A stretch of 64,000 nt of DNA, taken from the NCBI GenBank assembly GCA_039190745.1, contig JBCCXZ010000002.1, positions 32,001 to 96,000 of the forward strand. Reading direction: 5' to 3'. Under the pieces are notes generated by a model. That model did not search any database. It was not told the origin of the DNA and saw only the letters and a list, made by a program, of their open reading frames with translations. This DNA is from Planctomycetota bacterium. Its GTDB lineage: Bacteria > Planctomycetota > Planctomycetia > Pirellulales > Lacipirellulaceae. Each line of letters starts with the position of its first letter. The first letter of the stretch is position 1. The position numbers and the translations under genes are program-made. Positions 30,722-39,016 of this stretch are shown here, piece after piece.

Positions 30722-30878
30722 CGGAATATCTGGGCAGCCGCCGTGCCGGAAGCTCTACATTTACAATAAAGCTTTATTAGACATGGCTTTATGCAATGCC
30801 ACCGGTCCGGCCAGCGATGGCCGAAGGAAGTCGGTCTGAGCACAAATTGCCATCCGACTCGCTACGCTTGCTGTCTTG

Positions 30879-30894
30879 TGGCACATCAATTGCA
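30879..30894 (+). promoter_or_regulatory. Consensus sigma54 promoter
   Basis: TGGCACATCAATTGCA matches TGGCAC-N5-TTGCA exactly. Confidence 0.7.
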
Positions 30895-31141
30895 CCATTA
30901 ATGAATCGTTGACGCCAACCGGCCAGCCTTGGAACAGCGGGGCCGGGACAGAGAAGAGAGTGCCTACGGGGTCGGCAGAAGAAGAGGCAGTAGAGTAGAC
31001 CGTCGCTAGTTGCTGATTTTTTAGTGTTTTGTGTCCCTGTGGAGGCACGGAACGTTCAGCGATCAAGCAAAGCGGGTCGTCAGGGCAAAGGCGAGTCCGA
31101 AGGCAGGTAAAACTGCTTTCGGGCTCGCCTGTTTTGTTCCA

Positions 31142-31164
31142 GGATGTTCAATAATCGAACATCC
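31142..31164. promoter_or_regulatory. Palindromic operator upstream of the DUF1549/DUF1501 operon
   Basis: GGATGTTC-N7-GAACATCC, a perfect 8-bp inverted repeat. Confidence 0.55.
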
Positions 31165-31354
31165 GCTCTTTTTCGATACACCTTTTCGGTTCCGAAGGAA
31201 TTTCGGCGGTACTAATCATTGCTGGCAGGGTTAGCCTGGAAATAGAGCGCGACGACGAGGTTTCGTCCATCGAACCCTGTGACCGCGAACGTCTAAATTC
31301 GGCTTGAGGCTAGGCTCAACGCTCCCACGTCCACTCAGCGGGGTCACCGGCTTG

Positions 31355-33139
31355 ATGCTCGGCTATTACCGCAGCCTGTTGATTGCTTCTTCGGCGCTCA
31401 TGGTCTTGCTGTGCTCACCGCGTGCCTCTTGTGCGAGCCCGCCCGCCTACTCAAGCCCGGCGGATGCAGCCCCAACCGTTGAGCGGATCGATGAGTTGAT
31501 ACGCCGGCACTGGGCCGACCACGGCATCCGACCGTCGCCACAGGCCGAGCCCGGGAAGTGGTGCCGACGCGTCTACCTCGATGTCATCGGCCGGACCCCA
31601 AGCATCGAGGAACTGAACACCTTCCTCGAAGGTCGCCGCGGAACGCGCAAGCGCCAGCTCGTCGAGAAACTCCTCGGACCGGAGTACGGCAAGGAGTACG
31701 CCGAGCACTGGGCGGGGCAGTGGACCAACACGCTCGTCGGGAGGACCGGCGGGGAAACGCGCCGCTCGTTGACCGACCGCGACGCCCTCCAGGGTTTCCT
31801 CCGCGAGTCTCTTCTCGAGGAGAAGCCCTACGACGAGCTGGTGACCGAGTTGCTCACCGCCAGCGGCGCGAACCGGTCGGGCATGGACGGCTACAACCCG
31901 GCCGTGAACTACCTCATCGAAAAGATGCAAGAGAAGGCGGTGCAGGCCACCGCCAAGACCGCCGAGGTATTCCTCGGCACATCGGTCCAGTGCACGCAGT
32001 GCCACAACCACCCGTTCAATGAGTACAAGCAGGACCAGTTCTGGGAGCTGAACGCGTTCTTCCGCCAAGTCCGCGTCCGGCGAGATCGAGACGGCGACGC
32101 CCGGAATCGTGCGACGCTTGCTGACGCGGACTTCGCGGGAGAGGGACGCAGCCTGTCGTCCGAGCCTCGACGCGACATCGTGCTCACCGACGCATCAGGC
32201 AGCCTAGCCGACAGCCGCGCGCAGATGATGCGTGCGGCCCCCGTATTCTACGAACTCCGCAACGGCCGCGTGGAGATGGCGTTCCCCGTCTTCATCGACG
32301 GCACGTCGCTCGCCGAGGTCTACAGCGACCGGGGAAGAGACTTCGGAAAAAGCGGGTACCTGGAAGATGTCAATCGGCGGGCGGAGCTCGCAACTCTCAT
32401 CGTAGGGTCGACCGATTTTGAGCAGGCGATCGCGAACCGGATGTGGGCCGCGCTGCTCGGCCGCGGGTTGGTGAACCCGGTACACGACATGGGCCCTCAC
32501 AACAGCCCGTCGCACCCCGAGCTGCTTGCGTACCTCGGAGAAGAAGTGCGGTCGGCTGGCTTCGATCTGAAGTCCCTCATCAGGTGGATCGTCCTCAGCG
32601 AGGCTTACGGCCTGAGCAGCCAAGCGGGGCGGGCGAACGAGGCGGACGACGCCGCTACCGGCGGCCCCGGTCGGTTCAGCCGTTTCTACTTGCGGCAGAT
32701 GTCGCCCGAGCAGCTCTACCGCTCGTTGATCGCGGCGACTGACGCCGGGAACACGGTAGACCGAGAAGACCGAGACGACGCGCTCGACCGGTGGCTCCGC
32801 CAGTTCAGCGAAGCGTTCGGCACCGACGACGGGGCAGAATCGACCACCTTCAACGGCGCGGTCCCGCAGGTGTTGATGATGATGAACGGAGAGCTGACGC
32901 GGCGGGCGTGCGACACCAGCAGCGGCAGCTTCCTCGCCCGGGTGGCGAACGACCCGGGCCTGTCGAACCGCGACAAGATCAGCCGGCTGTACCTCGCCGC
33001 GTTGTCGCGGCAACCGACGAAGCACGAGCTAAAGATCTGCAACCGCCTGCTGGCCGCACGCGGCGGCAATGTGGTCGAGACCCTGCAAGACGTGTGGTGG
33101 GCCCTGCTGAACAGCAACGAATTTATCCTGGTTCACTAG
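31355..33139 (+). CDS. DUF1549/DUF1553 (planctomycete cytochrome-c-like) domain protein
   Basis: RRVYLDVIGRTP, CTQCHNHP (CxxCH), NRMWAALLGRGLV, PSHPELL and WALLNSNEF motifs. Confidence 0.92.
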   Translation: MLGYYRSLLIASSALMVLLCSPRASCASPPAYSSPADAAPTVERIDELIRRHWADHGIRPSPQAEPGKWCRRVYLDVIGRTPSIEELNTFLEGRRGTRKRQLVEKLLGPEYGKEYAEHWAGQWTNTLVGRTGGETRRSLTDRDALQGFLRESLLEEKPYDELVTELLTASGANRSGMDGYNPAVNYLIEKMQEKAVQATAKTAEVFLGTSVQCTQCHNHPFNEYKQDQFWELNAFFRQVRVRRDRDGDARNRATLADADFAGEGRSLSSEPRRDIVLTDASGSLADSRAQMMRAAPVFYELRNGRVEMAFPVFIDGTSLAEVYSDRGRDFGKSGYLEDVNRRAELATLIVGSTDFEQAIANRMWAALLGRGLVNPVHDMGPHNSPSHPELLAYLGEEVRSAGFDLKSLIRWIVLSEAYGLSSQAGRANEADDAATGGPGRFSRFYLRQMSPEQLYRSLIAATDAGNTVDREDRDDALDRWLRQFSEAFGTDDGAESTTFNGAVPQVLMMMNGELTRRACDTSSGSFLARVANDPGLSNRDKISRLYLAALSRQPTKHELKICNRLLAARGGNVVETLQDVWWALLNSNEFILVH

Positions 33140-33189
33140 CTGGGCTTTTCCTGGCGTGTTGATGCGGCGAACCCGAGGAGACCCCGTCG

Positions 33190-34473
33190 ATGAGAAGCAC
33201 CCGATCGATAAGCAACCTAGTCCCTCGCGGGATGTCGCGTCGGCACTTCATGTCGCACCTGGCCGGGTCGGCGTCACTGCTGGCTCCCGCGACGGTGTTG
33301 ACCCGTTCGGTGATGGCGGGGCAGCGGCAACTGCGCCGCAATCACAAGTCGTGCATCCTCCTCTGGATGGGCGGCGGTCCGCCGACGATCGACATCTTCG
33401 ACATGAAACCGGGGGCAGCGACGGGCGGGACTTTCAAGCAGATCTCCACCGCCGGCGAGGCCCAGATCAACGAGCTGATGCCGGAGCTCGCCAAGCAGAT
33501 GGGCCGTCTGTCTGTGGTGCGTTCGATGAGCACCCGTGAGGCGGATCATGATCGGGGCCGGTACTACATGCACACGGGCTTCGTTCCGAACCCCAGCGTC
33601 ACGCACCCGAGCTACGGTTCGGTAGTGGCCCATGAGTTGTCCCCCAAGTTGGACGGGCTGGAGATGCCGCCGTTCGTTTCGGTCGGCGGGCCGAGCGAGG
33701 GGCCGGGGTTCTTGGGGATGGGTTATGCGCCGTTCCAAGTCGACGCGAATGGCCGGGTGCGGAACCTGGAAATGGGCGTCGAACAGGCCAGGCTGGCCGA
33801 CCGGATGCAGCTGCTGAGCGTGATGGAGAAACGCTTCATCCGCGAAGACCGAGGGGCCGCTGCCGGGGAGCACGCCAAGGTGCTCAACAGCGCCTTGGAG
33901 CTGATGACGAGCGAACAGATGCGTGCGTTCGAGGTCCGCTCCGAGCCGCAGTCGATGCAGGAGCGGTACGGCAACACATCGTTCGGCCGGGGCTGCTTGA
34001 TGGCTCGCCGATTGGTGCAGGCGGGTGTTCCGTTCGTGGAGGTAAACCTCGGTGGGTGGGACCTGCATCAGAACTGCTTCACCCAGCTGCAGAACAAGCT
34101 GCCCGAGCTAGACAAGGCCTGGAGTGCTTTGGTGGCTGACTTGGAGGAAACCGGGCTGTTGGACGACACTGTTGTGCTGTGGATGGGCGAGTTCGGCCGG
34201 ACGCCGCGGATCAACGGCACGTCGGGCCGCGACCACTGGGCCCGGAGCTGGAGCGTGGTGGTCGGCGGCGGCGGCATCGAGGGCGGCAGGGTGATCGGTT
34301 CGACCAGTGCCGACGGCACAGCAGTCGAGACCGAGCCCTACAGTGCCGAAGACCTAATGGCCACGGTCTGCAAGACGCTGGGCATTTCGCTAGATACCGT
34401 CCACACCGCAGGGAACGGCCGCCCGATGAAGATCGCCGGGGGCGGCAAGGTGATCGAGGGGCTCTTCGCCTAG
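33190..34473 (+). CDS. DUF1501 domain protein (Tat-exported)
   Basis: SRRHFM twin-Arg signal; LWMGGGP, ARRLVQAGVPFVEV, GWDLH, GEFGRTP and GRDHW motifs. Confidence 0.93.
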   Translation: MRSTRSISNLVPRGMSRRHFMSHLAGSASLLAPATVLTRSVMAGQRQLRRNHKSCILLWMGGGPPTIDIFDMKPGAATGGTFKQISTAGEAQINELMPELAKQMGRLSVVRSMSTREADHDRGRYYMHTGFVPNPSVTHPSYGSVVAHELSPKLDGLEMPPFVSVGGPSEGPGFLGMGYAPFQVDANGRVRNLEMGVEQARLADRMQLLSVMEKRFIREDRGAAAGEHAKVLNSALELMTSEQMRAFEVRSEPQSMQERYGNTSFGRGCLMARRLVQAGVPFVEVNLGGWDLHQNCFTQLQNKLPELDKAWSALVADLEETGLLDDTVVLWMGEFGRTPRINGTSGRDHWARSWSVVVGGGGIEGGRVIGSTSADGTAVETEPYSAEDLMATVCKTLGISLDTVHTAGNGRPMKIAGGGKVIEGLFA

Positions 34474-34543
34474 CCAACGCCTTCCTGGGGCACGCCTTGG
34501 CTTTGTCCTGCTTGCTTCCGTTTGCTGGCCTCCCCGCTTGAGC

Positions 34544-34571
34544 TTGACTGGGGGCGGAGGCGGGGTAGACT
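34544..34571 (+). promoter_or_regulatory. Sigma70-type promoter for tRNA-Leu
   Basis: TTGACT-N16-TAGACT. Confidence 0.65.
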
Positions 34572-34626
34572 CGACGGACTATTGCCTGCTCCGCCGCTTA
34601 CACAGGCGGGGCGGTAGTGAGTGGAC

Positions 34627-34710
34627 GGGCCCGTGGCGGAATAGGCAGACGCGCATGCTTGAGGGGCATGTGCCCGAAAGGGCGTGCTGGTTCGACTCCA
34701 GTCGGGCCCA
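34627..34710 (+). tRNA. tRNA-Leu (anticodon GAG), CCA not encoded
   Basis: Acceptor stem GGGCCCG/CGGGCCC-A; D-loop GGAATAGGCAGAC; anticodon arm CATGC-TTGAGGG-GCATG; long variable arm; T-loop GGTTCGACTCC. Confidence 0.96.
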
Positions 34711-34767
34711 CTCACTTTGCAGGACCGGCCACCTTTGCTGGACGGGCTCGCCGGATCGGCCTCACTG

Positions 34768-34805
34768 AAACCGGCGGCTGGCTGCCGGCTTGGTGTTTCT
34801 TTTTG
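34768..34805 (+). terminator. Probable terminator after tRNA-Leu
   Basis: CCGGCGGC/GCTGCCGG hairpin followed by a T-rich tract. Confidence 0.45.
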
Positions 34806-35276
34806 TCCTGGGTTAGGCGGCTAAGCTCCGGCTGGACAATAAGCGCGCCTTTTGTCGGTGCGGCTTGCCGGGGCCCCTGCGACGCATAGCGTCGCCGCTG
34901 CTTGCTGACGGACACAATGCTCTGGTTTTGAGCTGAGGCCGTTTGCAGAAGTGCTTTTCTTTTGTCCATTTTCTCGCGCTGCGGACACTGGGAACACAGG
35001 GCTGCCGTTGCGGCAAGTCGGCCAGAAATCACTTGGGTTCTGCGTAGCCTCTGGAGGCTGAACGGACGGAAACCGGGGCGCTCGGCTCACGTCGCCGCGG
35101 ACCGGCGGCGGGGATTGTGGGGCTGGCTCGTGGAGCTCTGTTAGGTTGTCAAAGAGCGGCAGCGCCGGTGCTCTGGGTATACCATCTAGCGCGGCCATTT
35201 CCTATTATAATCGTTTAGGCAACTTCGAATTCCGCTGCCACCGGCAGCCCTCCTCTCCGAAGGTGAATCACGACCC

Positions 35277-36620
35277 ATGATTGGCAACGAAGGCGGTTTG
35301 GATCGACGGGGTTTCTTGCGGCGGGCATCGGTTGGGGCGGCGGCGTTGACGCCCTACCACGCTTGGACCAGCCGTGCGTTTGCGAATCGCGAGAAGAACG
35401 ACCGGCCGCGGATTGGCTGCATCGGAACGGGCAGCATGGGCACGGTCGACGCACGAGACCACGCTCGCTTTGGCGACGTGGTGGCGGTGTGCGACGTCGA
35501 TTCCCGCCACATGCTGCGGGCGAAGCACGACGACGCCATTGGCAAGGGCTACGCGGACGCCTACGAAGATTATCGCCGGGTGCTCGATCGCTCGGACGTG
35601 GACGTGGTGAGCGTGGTGACGCCGGACCACTGGCATGTGAAGATCGCGATCGAGGCGCTGCAGGCGGGCAAACACGTTTTTGTGCAGAAGCCGCTGACGC
35701 TGACGCTGGAAGAGAACCGGCTGATCCGCGAGGCGTGCAAGAAACACGCAGACCAGACTTTCTTCATCGGTACGCAACAACGCAGCAGCAAGGACCTGTT
35801 CCTGCGGGCGGTGAACATGGTGCAGAAGGGGCTGCTGGGGGACATCAAGAAGGTTGTGGCCGGCATCGACGGGGCGCCGACGGGCGGGCCGTTCCCAGTA
35901 GAGGCGCCGCCGGCCGAGTTGGACTGGCACATGTGGCTGGGGCCGGCGCCGCTGGTCGACTACCGGCGTCGGCGTTGCCACTACGAGTTCCGCTGGTGGT
36001 ACGAGTACTCGGGGGGGAAGTTCACCGACTGGGGCGCCCACCACGTAGACATCGCGACGTGGGCTTTAGGGTTCGACGGAGAAGGGCAGGGACCCGTGGA
36101 AGTCGACGGCTCCGACGCGAAGCACCCGGTTGCGTTTGAAGACGGTTACCCGACGGTGGACGACTCGTACAACACGTCGCACGACTTCAACGTGGTGTGC
36201 CGGTACGCGAGCGGCCAGGAATTGCACGTCACGAGCCGGGGCTCGAACGGGGTGCTCTTTGAAGGGACTAAGGGCCGGTTGTTTGTGAATCGCAAGAAGA
36301 TCACGGGCAAGCCGATCGAAGAAGAATGGGACAAAGACCAGTTCGGCGAAGAAGACCTCGTGCGCCTCTACCGCGGCAAGCCTTACGAGGGGCACAAGGA
36401 GAACTTCTACCGGTGCATCCGCGAGGGGGGGCTGCCGGTCTCGGATGTGTACAGCCACGTGCAGACGATGAACACGTGCCACTTGGCGGCAGTCGCGGCG
36501 CGGCTGGGTCGGGCGGTGCAGTGGGACCCGGCTGCGGAGGCGTTCGTCGGTGACGAGCAGGCGCAGGCTTTGGCATCGCGGGAGAGCCGGGCGGGGTTCG
36601 AGATACCGCGTGTGGGTTGA
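35277..36620 (+). CDS. Gfo/Idh/MocA family oxidoreductase (Tat-exported)
   Basis: DRRGFL Tat signal; IGTGSMG, TPDHWH, QKPLT, GTQQRS, WLGPAP and DWGAHHVD motifs. Confidence 0.95.
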   Translation: MIGNEGGLDRRGFLRRASVGAAALTPYHAWTSRAFANREKNDRPRIGCIGTGSMGTVDARDHARFGDVVAVCDVDSRHMLRAKHDDAIGKGYADAYEDYRRVLDRSDVDVVSVVTPDHWHVKIAIEALQAGKHVFVQKPLTLTLEENRLIREACKKHADQTFFIGTQQRSSKDLFLRAVNMVQKGLLGDIKKVVAGIDGAPTGGPFPVEAPPAELDWHMWLGPAPLVDYRRRRCHYEFRWWYEYSGGKFTDWGAHHVDIATWALGFDGEGQGPVEVDGSDAKHPVAFEDGYPTVDDSYNTSHDFNVVCRYASGQELHVTSRGSNGVLFEGTKGRLFVNRKKITGKPIEEEWDKDQFGEEDLVRLYRGKPYEGHKENFYRCIREGGLPVSDVYSHVQTMNTCHLAAVAARLGRAVQWDPAAEAFVGDEQAQALASRESRAGFEIPRVG

Positions 36621-36766
36621 TGGCGGAGTCGGCGTCGGTCCTGTTTCTGGGTGGTGCCGGCATCTTGCCGGTGTCCGAATACCGCTTCCTCTACTGGTGA
36701 CACGCCAGTTCTGCCCGCTGCCGCTTGGGGTCGAATGTGGCATCTAGGACGGGCGCTCGCCATTGA

Positions 36767-36824
36767 TTGCACGTTGTAGATCGGTTTGCTACGATAGAGG
36801 AACATATCTGAAACTGTTTCAGAT
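36767..36824 (+). promoter_or_regulatory. Sigma70 promoter plus downstream palindromic operator for the GH16 gene
   Basis: TTGCAC-N17-TACGAT with extended TG, then the perfect inverted repeat ATCTGAAAC-T-GTTTCAGAT at 36806-36824. Confidence 0.7.
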
Positions 36825-36857
36825 CTTTTCTCATCGGACTCCGAAGCGGGCGATAGC

Positions 36858-38462
36858 TTGATGGTCGGTTCTGACTCCCCCCGCTTCCCTCTGGGACGCG
36901 GCAGGTTGATCGTTTGCTTGGTTTGGTTCGTATCGCTTTCGTGCTGCGCAATGCCCGCCTGGGGGCAGGTTCCGGACCTGCCGGGTTGGGACCTCGTTTG
37001 GAACGGCGAATTCGACGGCACGTCGCTCGACACGACGAAGTGGACCGCACTGGACCGCCGAGACAGCTTCAACGACGAGTTGCAGTACTACCACCCCAAC
37101 CAAGTCGCCGTCACGGGCGGCAACCTGGAGCTGACGGCCATTAATGTCCCCCGACAGGGCAAGCAGTATCAGTCGGGTTTGGTCACCTCGAACGACCTGT
37201 TTGGCCCGGGACGGTTCGAGGCCCGCATCGACCTGCCGACCTCGCAGGGCATGTGGCCGGCGTTCTGGTTGAACTCGAACCACGTGCAGTGGCCGCTGGG
37301 CGGCGAGATCGACATTCTGGAGAACCGCGGGAGCGAGCCGCACATCGTCTCTAGCGCCTACCACTGGCAGACAAACCCGGGCCCCTGTTGCGACCAGCGC
37401 GAGTACGTCTTCCGGAACTACAGCGCCACCGAAGGCGGGCAGCCGGTCGACTTCCACGCGGGCTTTCACACGTACGCCGCGGAATGGGACGAGACGAGCA
37501 TCCGCTACTACGTCGACGGCAACCTGTTCTACACGGTGCCCGAGTTCTCCGGCCGGCCGATCTACGAGACCCCGAAGAACATTATCCTGAATGTTGCGGT
37601 GGGGGGCTTTTTCGGCGGCGACCCCGACGGCACGACCGTCTGGCCGCAGACCATGCAGGTGGATTACGTCCGCTACTGGCAACCGTCTTCGACGACCGGC
37701 CCGCCGGTCGACCCGCCGGCTGGCGTCGATCTGCTCAGCAATCCCGGCTTCGACGAGAACGGCGGGACGCTCGACGGGTGGACCGACTTCGGAAACGTGA
37801 TCGACAACGTCTCGCCGAACAACCAGCTGAGCGAAGGCGGGAGGCACGCGGTGAAGATCTACGGTCAGTTCAACGGCGGGGAGAACTTCTCCGGCATCTC
37901 TCAGGGCGTGGCGGTCTCTGAGGGAGACGTGCTGCGGGCCGAGGCGAGCACCCACACCCCGTCGTGGGACACGCTCTTTGGGAAGAGCAACGAAGTGACG
38001 ATGAAGGTGGAGTTCTACAGCGATTTCGGCGCGGGCTACGGGTCGAGCGATTTCTTGGGCGAGGTGTCGCAGATCGTCCACAACGGGTCGTCGCCGGAAA
38101 ACACGTGGCTCGACCACTCGCTGGACGCGGTCGCGCCGGCGGGGGCCGTTGAGGCGCGACTGCTGCTGATGCTGCGGCAGCCGGGCAACGACAACGGTGC
38201 AGTCTGGATCGACTCGGCGGGGCTGTTCTTGGATACCAGCGCCGACGGCGACTTCGACGGCGACGGCGACTACGACGTGTCGGACGCCCTGCAAGGTCAA
38301 CGCGCGGGAGAAGACCTGACCGCGGGCAGCGGTTGGCACACGAACTTCGGTACGGTCGAGTCGCAGGAAGCCGGTGTGGCGGCGGTGCCCGAGCCGGCGA
38401 GCTTGTGGTGCTTGCTGGGCGTTGGGGCTTTTCTGGGCGCGGTCCGGCGGCGCTGCGTTTGA
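36858..38462 (+). CDS. GH16 (laminarinase-like) glycoside hydrolase with CBM-like domain, dockerin-like motif and PEP-CTERM
   Basis: MWPAFW, GEIDILE (EIDxxE catalytic motif) and MQVDYVR; LLSNPGFDE (CBM4/9-like start); DGDFDGDGDYDVSD; VPEPASL-TM-RRR. Confidence 0.92.
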   Translation: MMVGSDSPRFPLGRGRLIVCLVWFVSLSCCAMPAWGQVPDLPGWDLVWNGEFDGTSLDTTKWTALDRRDSFNDELQYYHPNQVAVTGGNLELTAINVPRQGKQYQSGLVTSNDLFGPGRFEARIDLPTSQGMWPAFWLNSNHVQWPLGGEIDILENRGSEPHIVSSAYHWQTNPGPCCDQREYVFRNYSATEGGQPVDFHAGFHTYAAEWDETSIRYYVDGNLFYTVPEFSGRPIYETPKNIILNVAVGGFFGGDPDGTTVWPQTMQVDYVRYWQPSSTTGPPVDPPAGVDLLSNPGFDENGGTLDGWTDFGNVIDNVSPNNQLSEGGRHAVKIYGQFNGGENFSGISQGVAVSEGDVLRAEASTHTPSWDTLFGKSNEVTMKVEFYSDFGAGYGSSDFLGEVSQIVHNGSSPENTWLDHSLDAVAPAGAVEARLLLMLRQPGNDNGAVWIDSAGLFLDTSADGDFDGDGDYDVSDALQGQRAGEDLTAGSGWHTNFGTVESQEAGVAAVPEPASLWCLLGVGAFLGAVRRRCV

Positions 38463-38591
38463 TATTTGGCCGCTGCATTGGCGAGAGGCCAGTGCGAATC
38501 GAGGCCCAGAGTCTGGAATCCAAGGCAGCGGCTGCCTACGGCACGCTGGCCTTAGGCTTGTTGCCAAGACCTGCGGTGCAGGATCCTGAGG

Positions 38592-38762
38592 CTATACCGT
38601 GCCGAAGCCGCCGAAGGCTTTGATCTCGGCCCAGAGGAAACCGCAGCCCATCAGCAGGGAGACCAACGCGATGATCAGCAGCATCGTGTAGACGTCTGCC
38701 GTGTTCTTCTTCTTGGTCGACGCGGGGGCCGCGACCGTTTCGAACTCGGGGGCTTCGGACAT
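38592..38762 (-). CDS. 56-aa single-TM microprotein (VYTML motif)
   Basis: Below the ORF-track cutoff. Translates as MSEAPEFETVAAPASTKKKNTADVYTMLLIIALVSLLMGCGFLWAEIKAFGGFGTV; paralogous to the adjacent ORF. Confidence 0.8.
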   Translation of the reverse strand: MSEAPEFETVAAPASTKKKNTADVYTMLLIIALVSLLMGCGFLWAEIKAFGGFGTV

Positions 38763-38810
38763 GGCTTGGTCGAGAAGGCTTGGTCGAGAGGGCCTAGTCT
38801 AGAGGGCTTG
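38763..38810. repeat. 14-bp-period tandem repeat (about 3.4 copies)
   Basis: GGCTTGGTCGAGAA GGCTTGGTCGAGAG GGCCTAGTCTAGAG GGCTTG. Confidence 0.75.
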
Positions 38811-38842
38811 TGCTGCGGGGTTGGTGGGCGGCCGAGGTGCCG

Positions 38843-39016
38843 TTAGAGATTGGAACGCCAGTTGAAGCCGTACTCTTTGAGCTCGAGGACCAGAAATACG
38901 AAGGCGGCCCCCATGCACAGCACCGCGATCAGCGCGAGCATTGTGTAGACGGTGATCGCCGGCTTTTTTTCGAGGACGCTGGGGGCCTCAGCCAACTCGT
39001 AGCTTGGTTGCGACAT
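38843..39016 (-). CDS. 57-aa single-TM microprotein (VYTML motif)
   Basis: MSQPSYELAEAPSVLEKKPAITVYTMLALIAVLCMGAAFVFLVLELKEYGFNWRSNL; GAAGGA SD-like sequence inside the upstream gene. Confidence 0.8.
   Translation of the reverse strand: MSQPSYELAEAPSVLEKKPAITVYTMLALIAVLCMGAAFVFLVLELKEYGFNWRSNL

Noticed and set aside
34627..35276. Genomic island integrated at tRNA-Leu
   Set aside because: No integrase and no duplicated tRNA 3' end seen in the window; downstream genes look native.
36831..38567. 578-aa minus-strand ORF
   Set aside because: Antisense to the GH16 gene, which has clear catalytic motifs.
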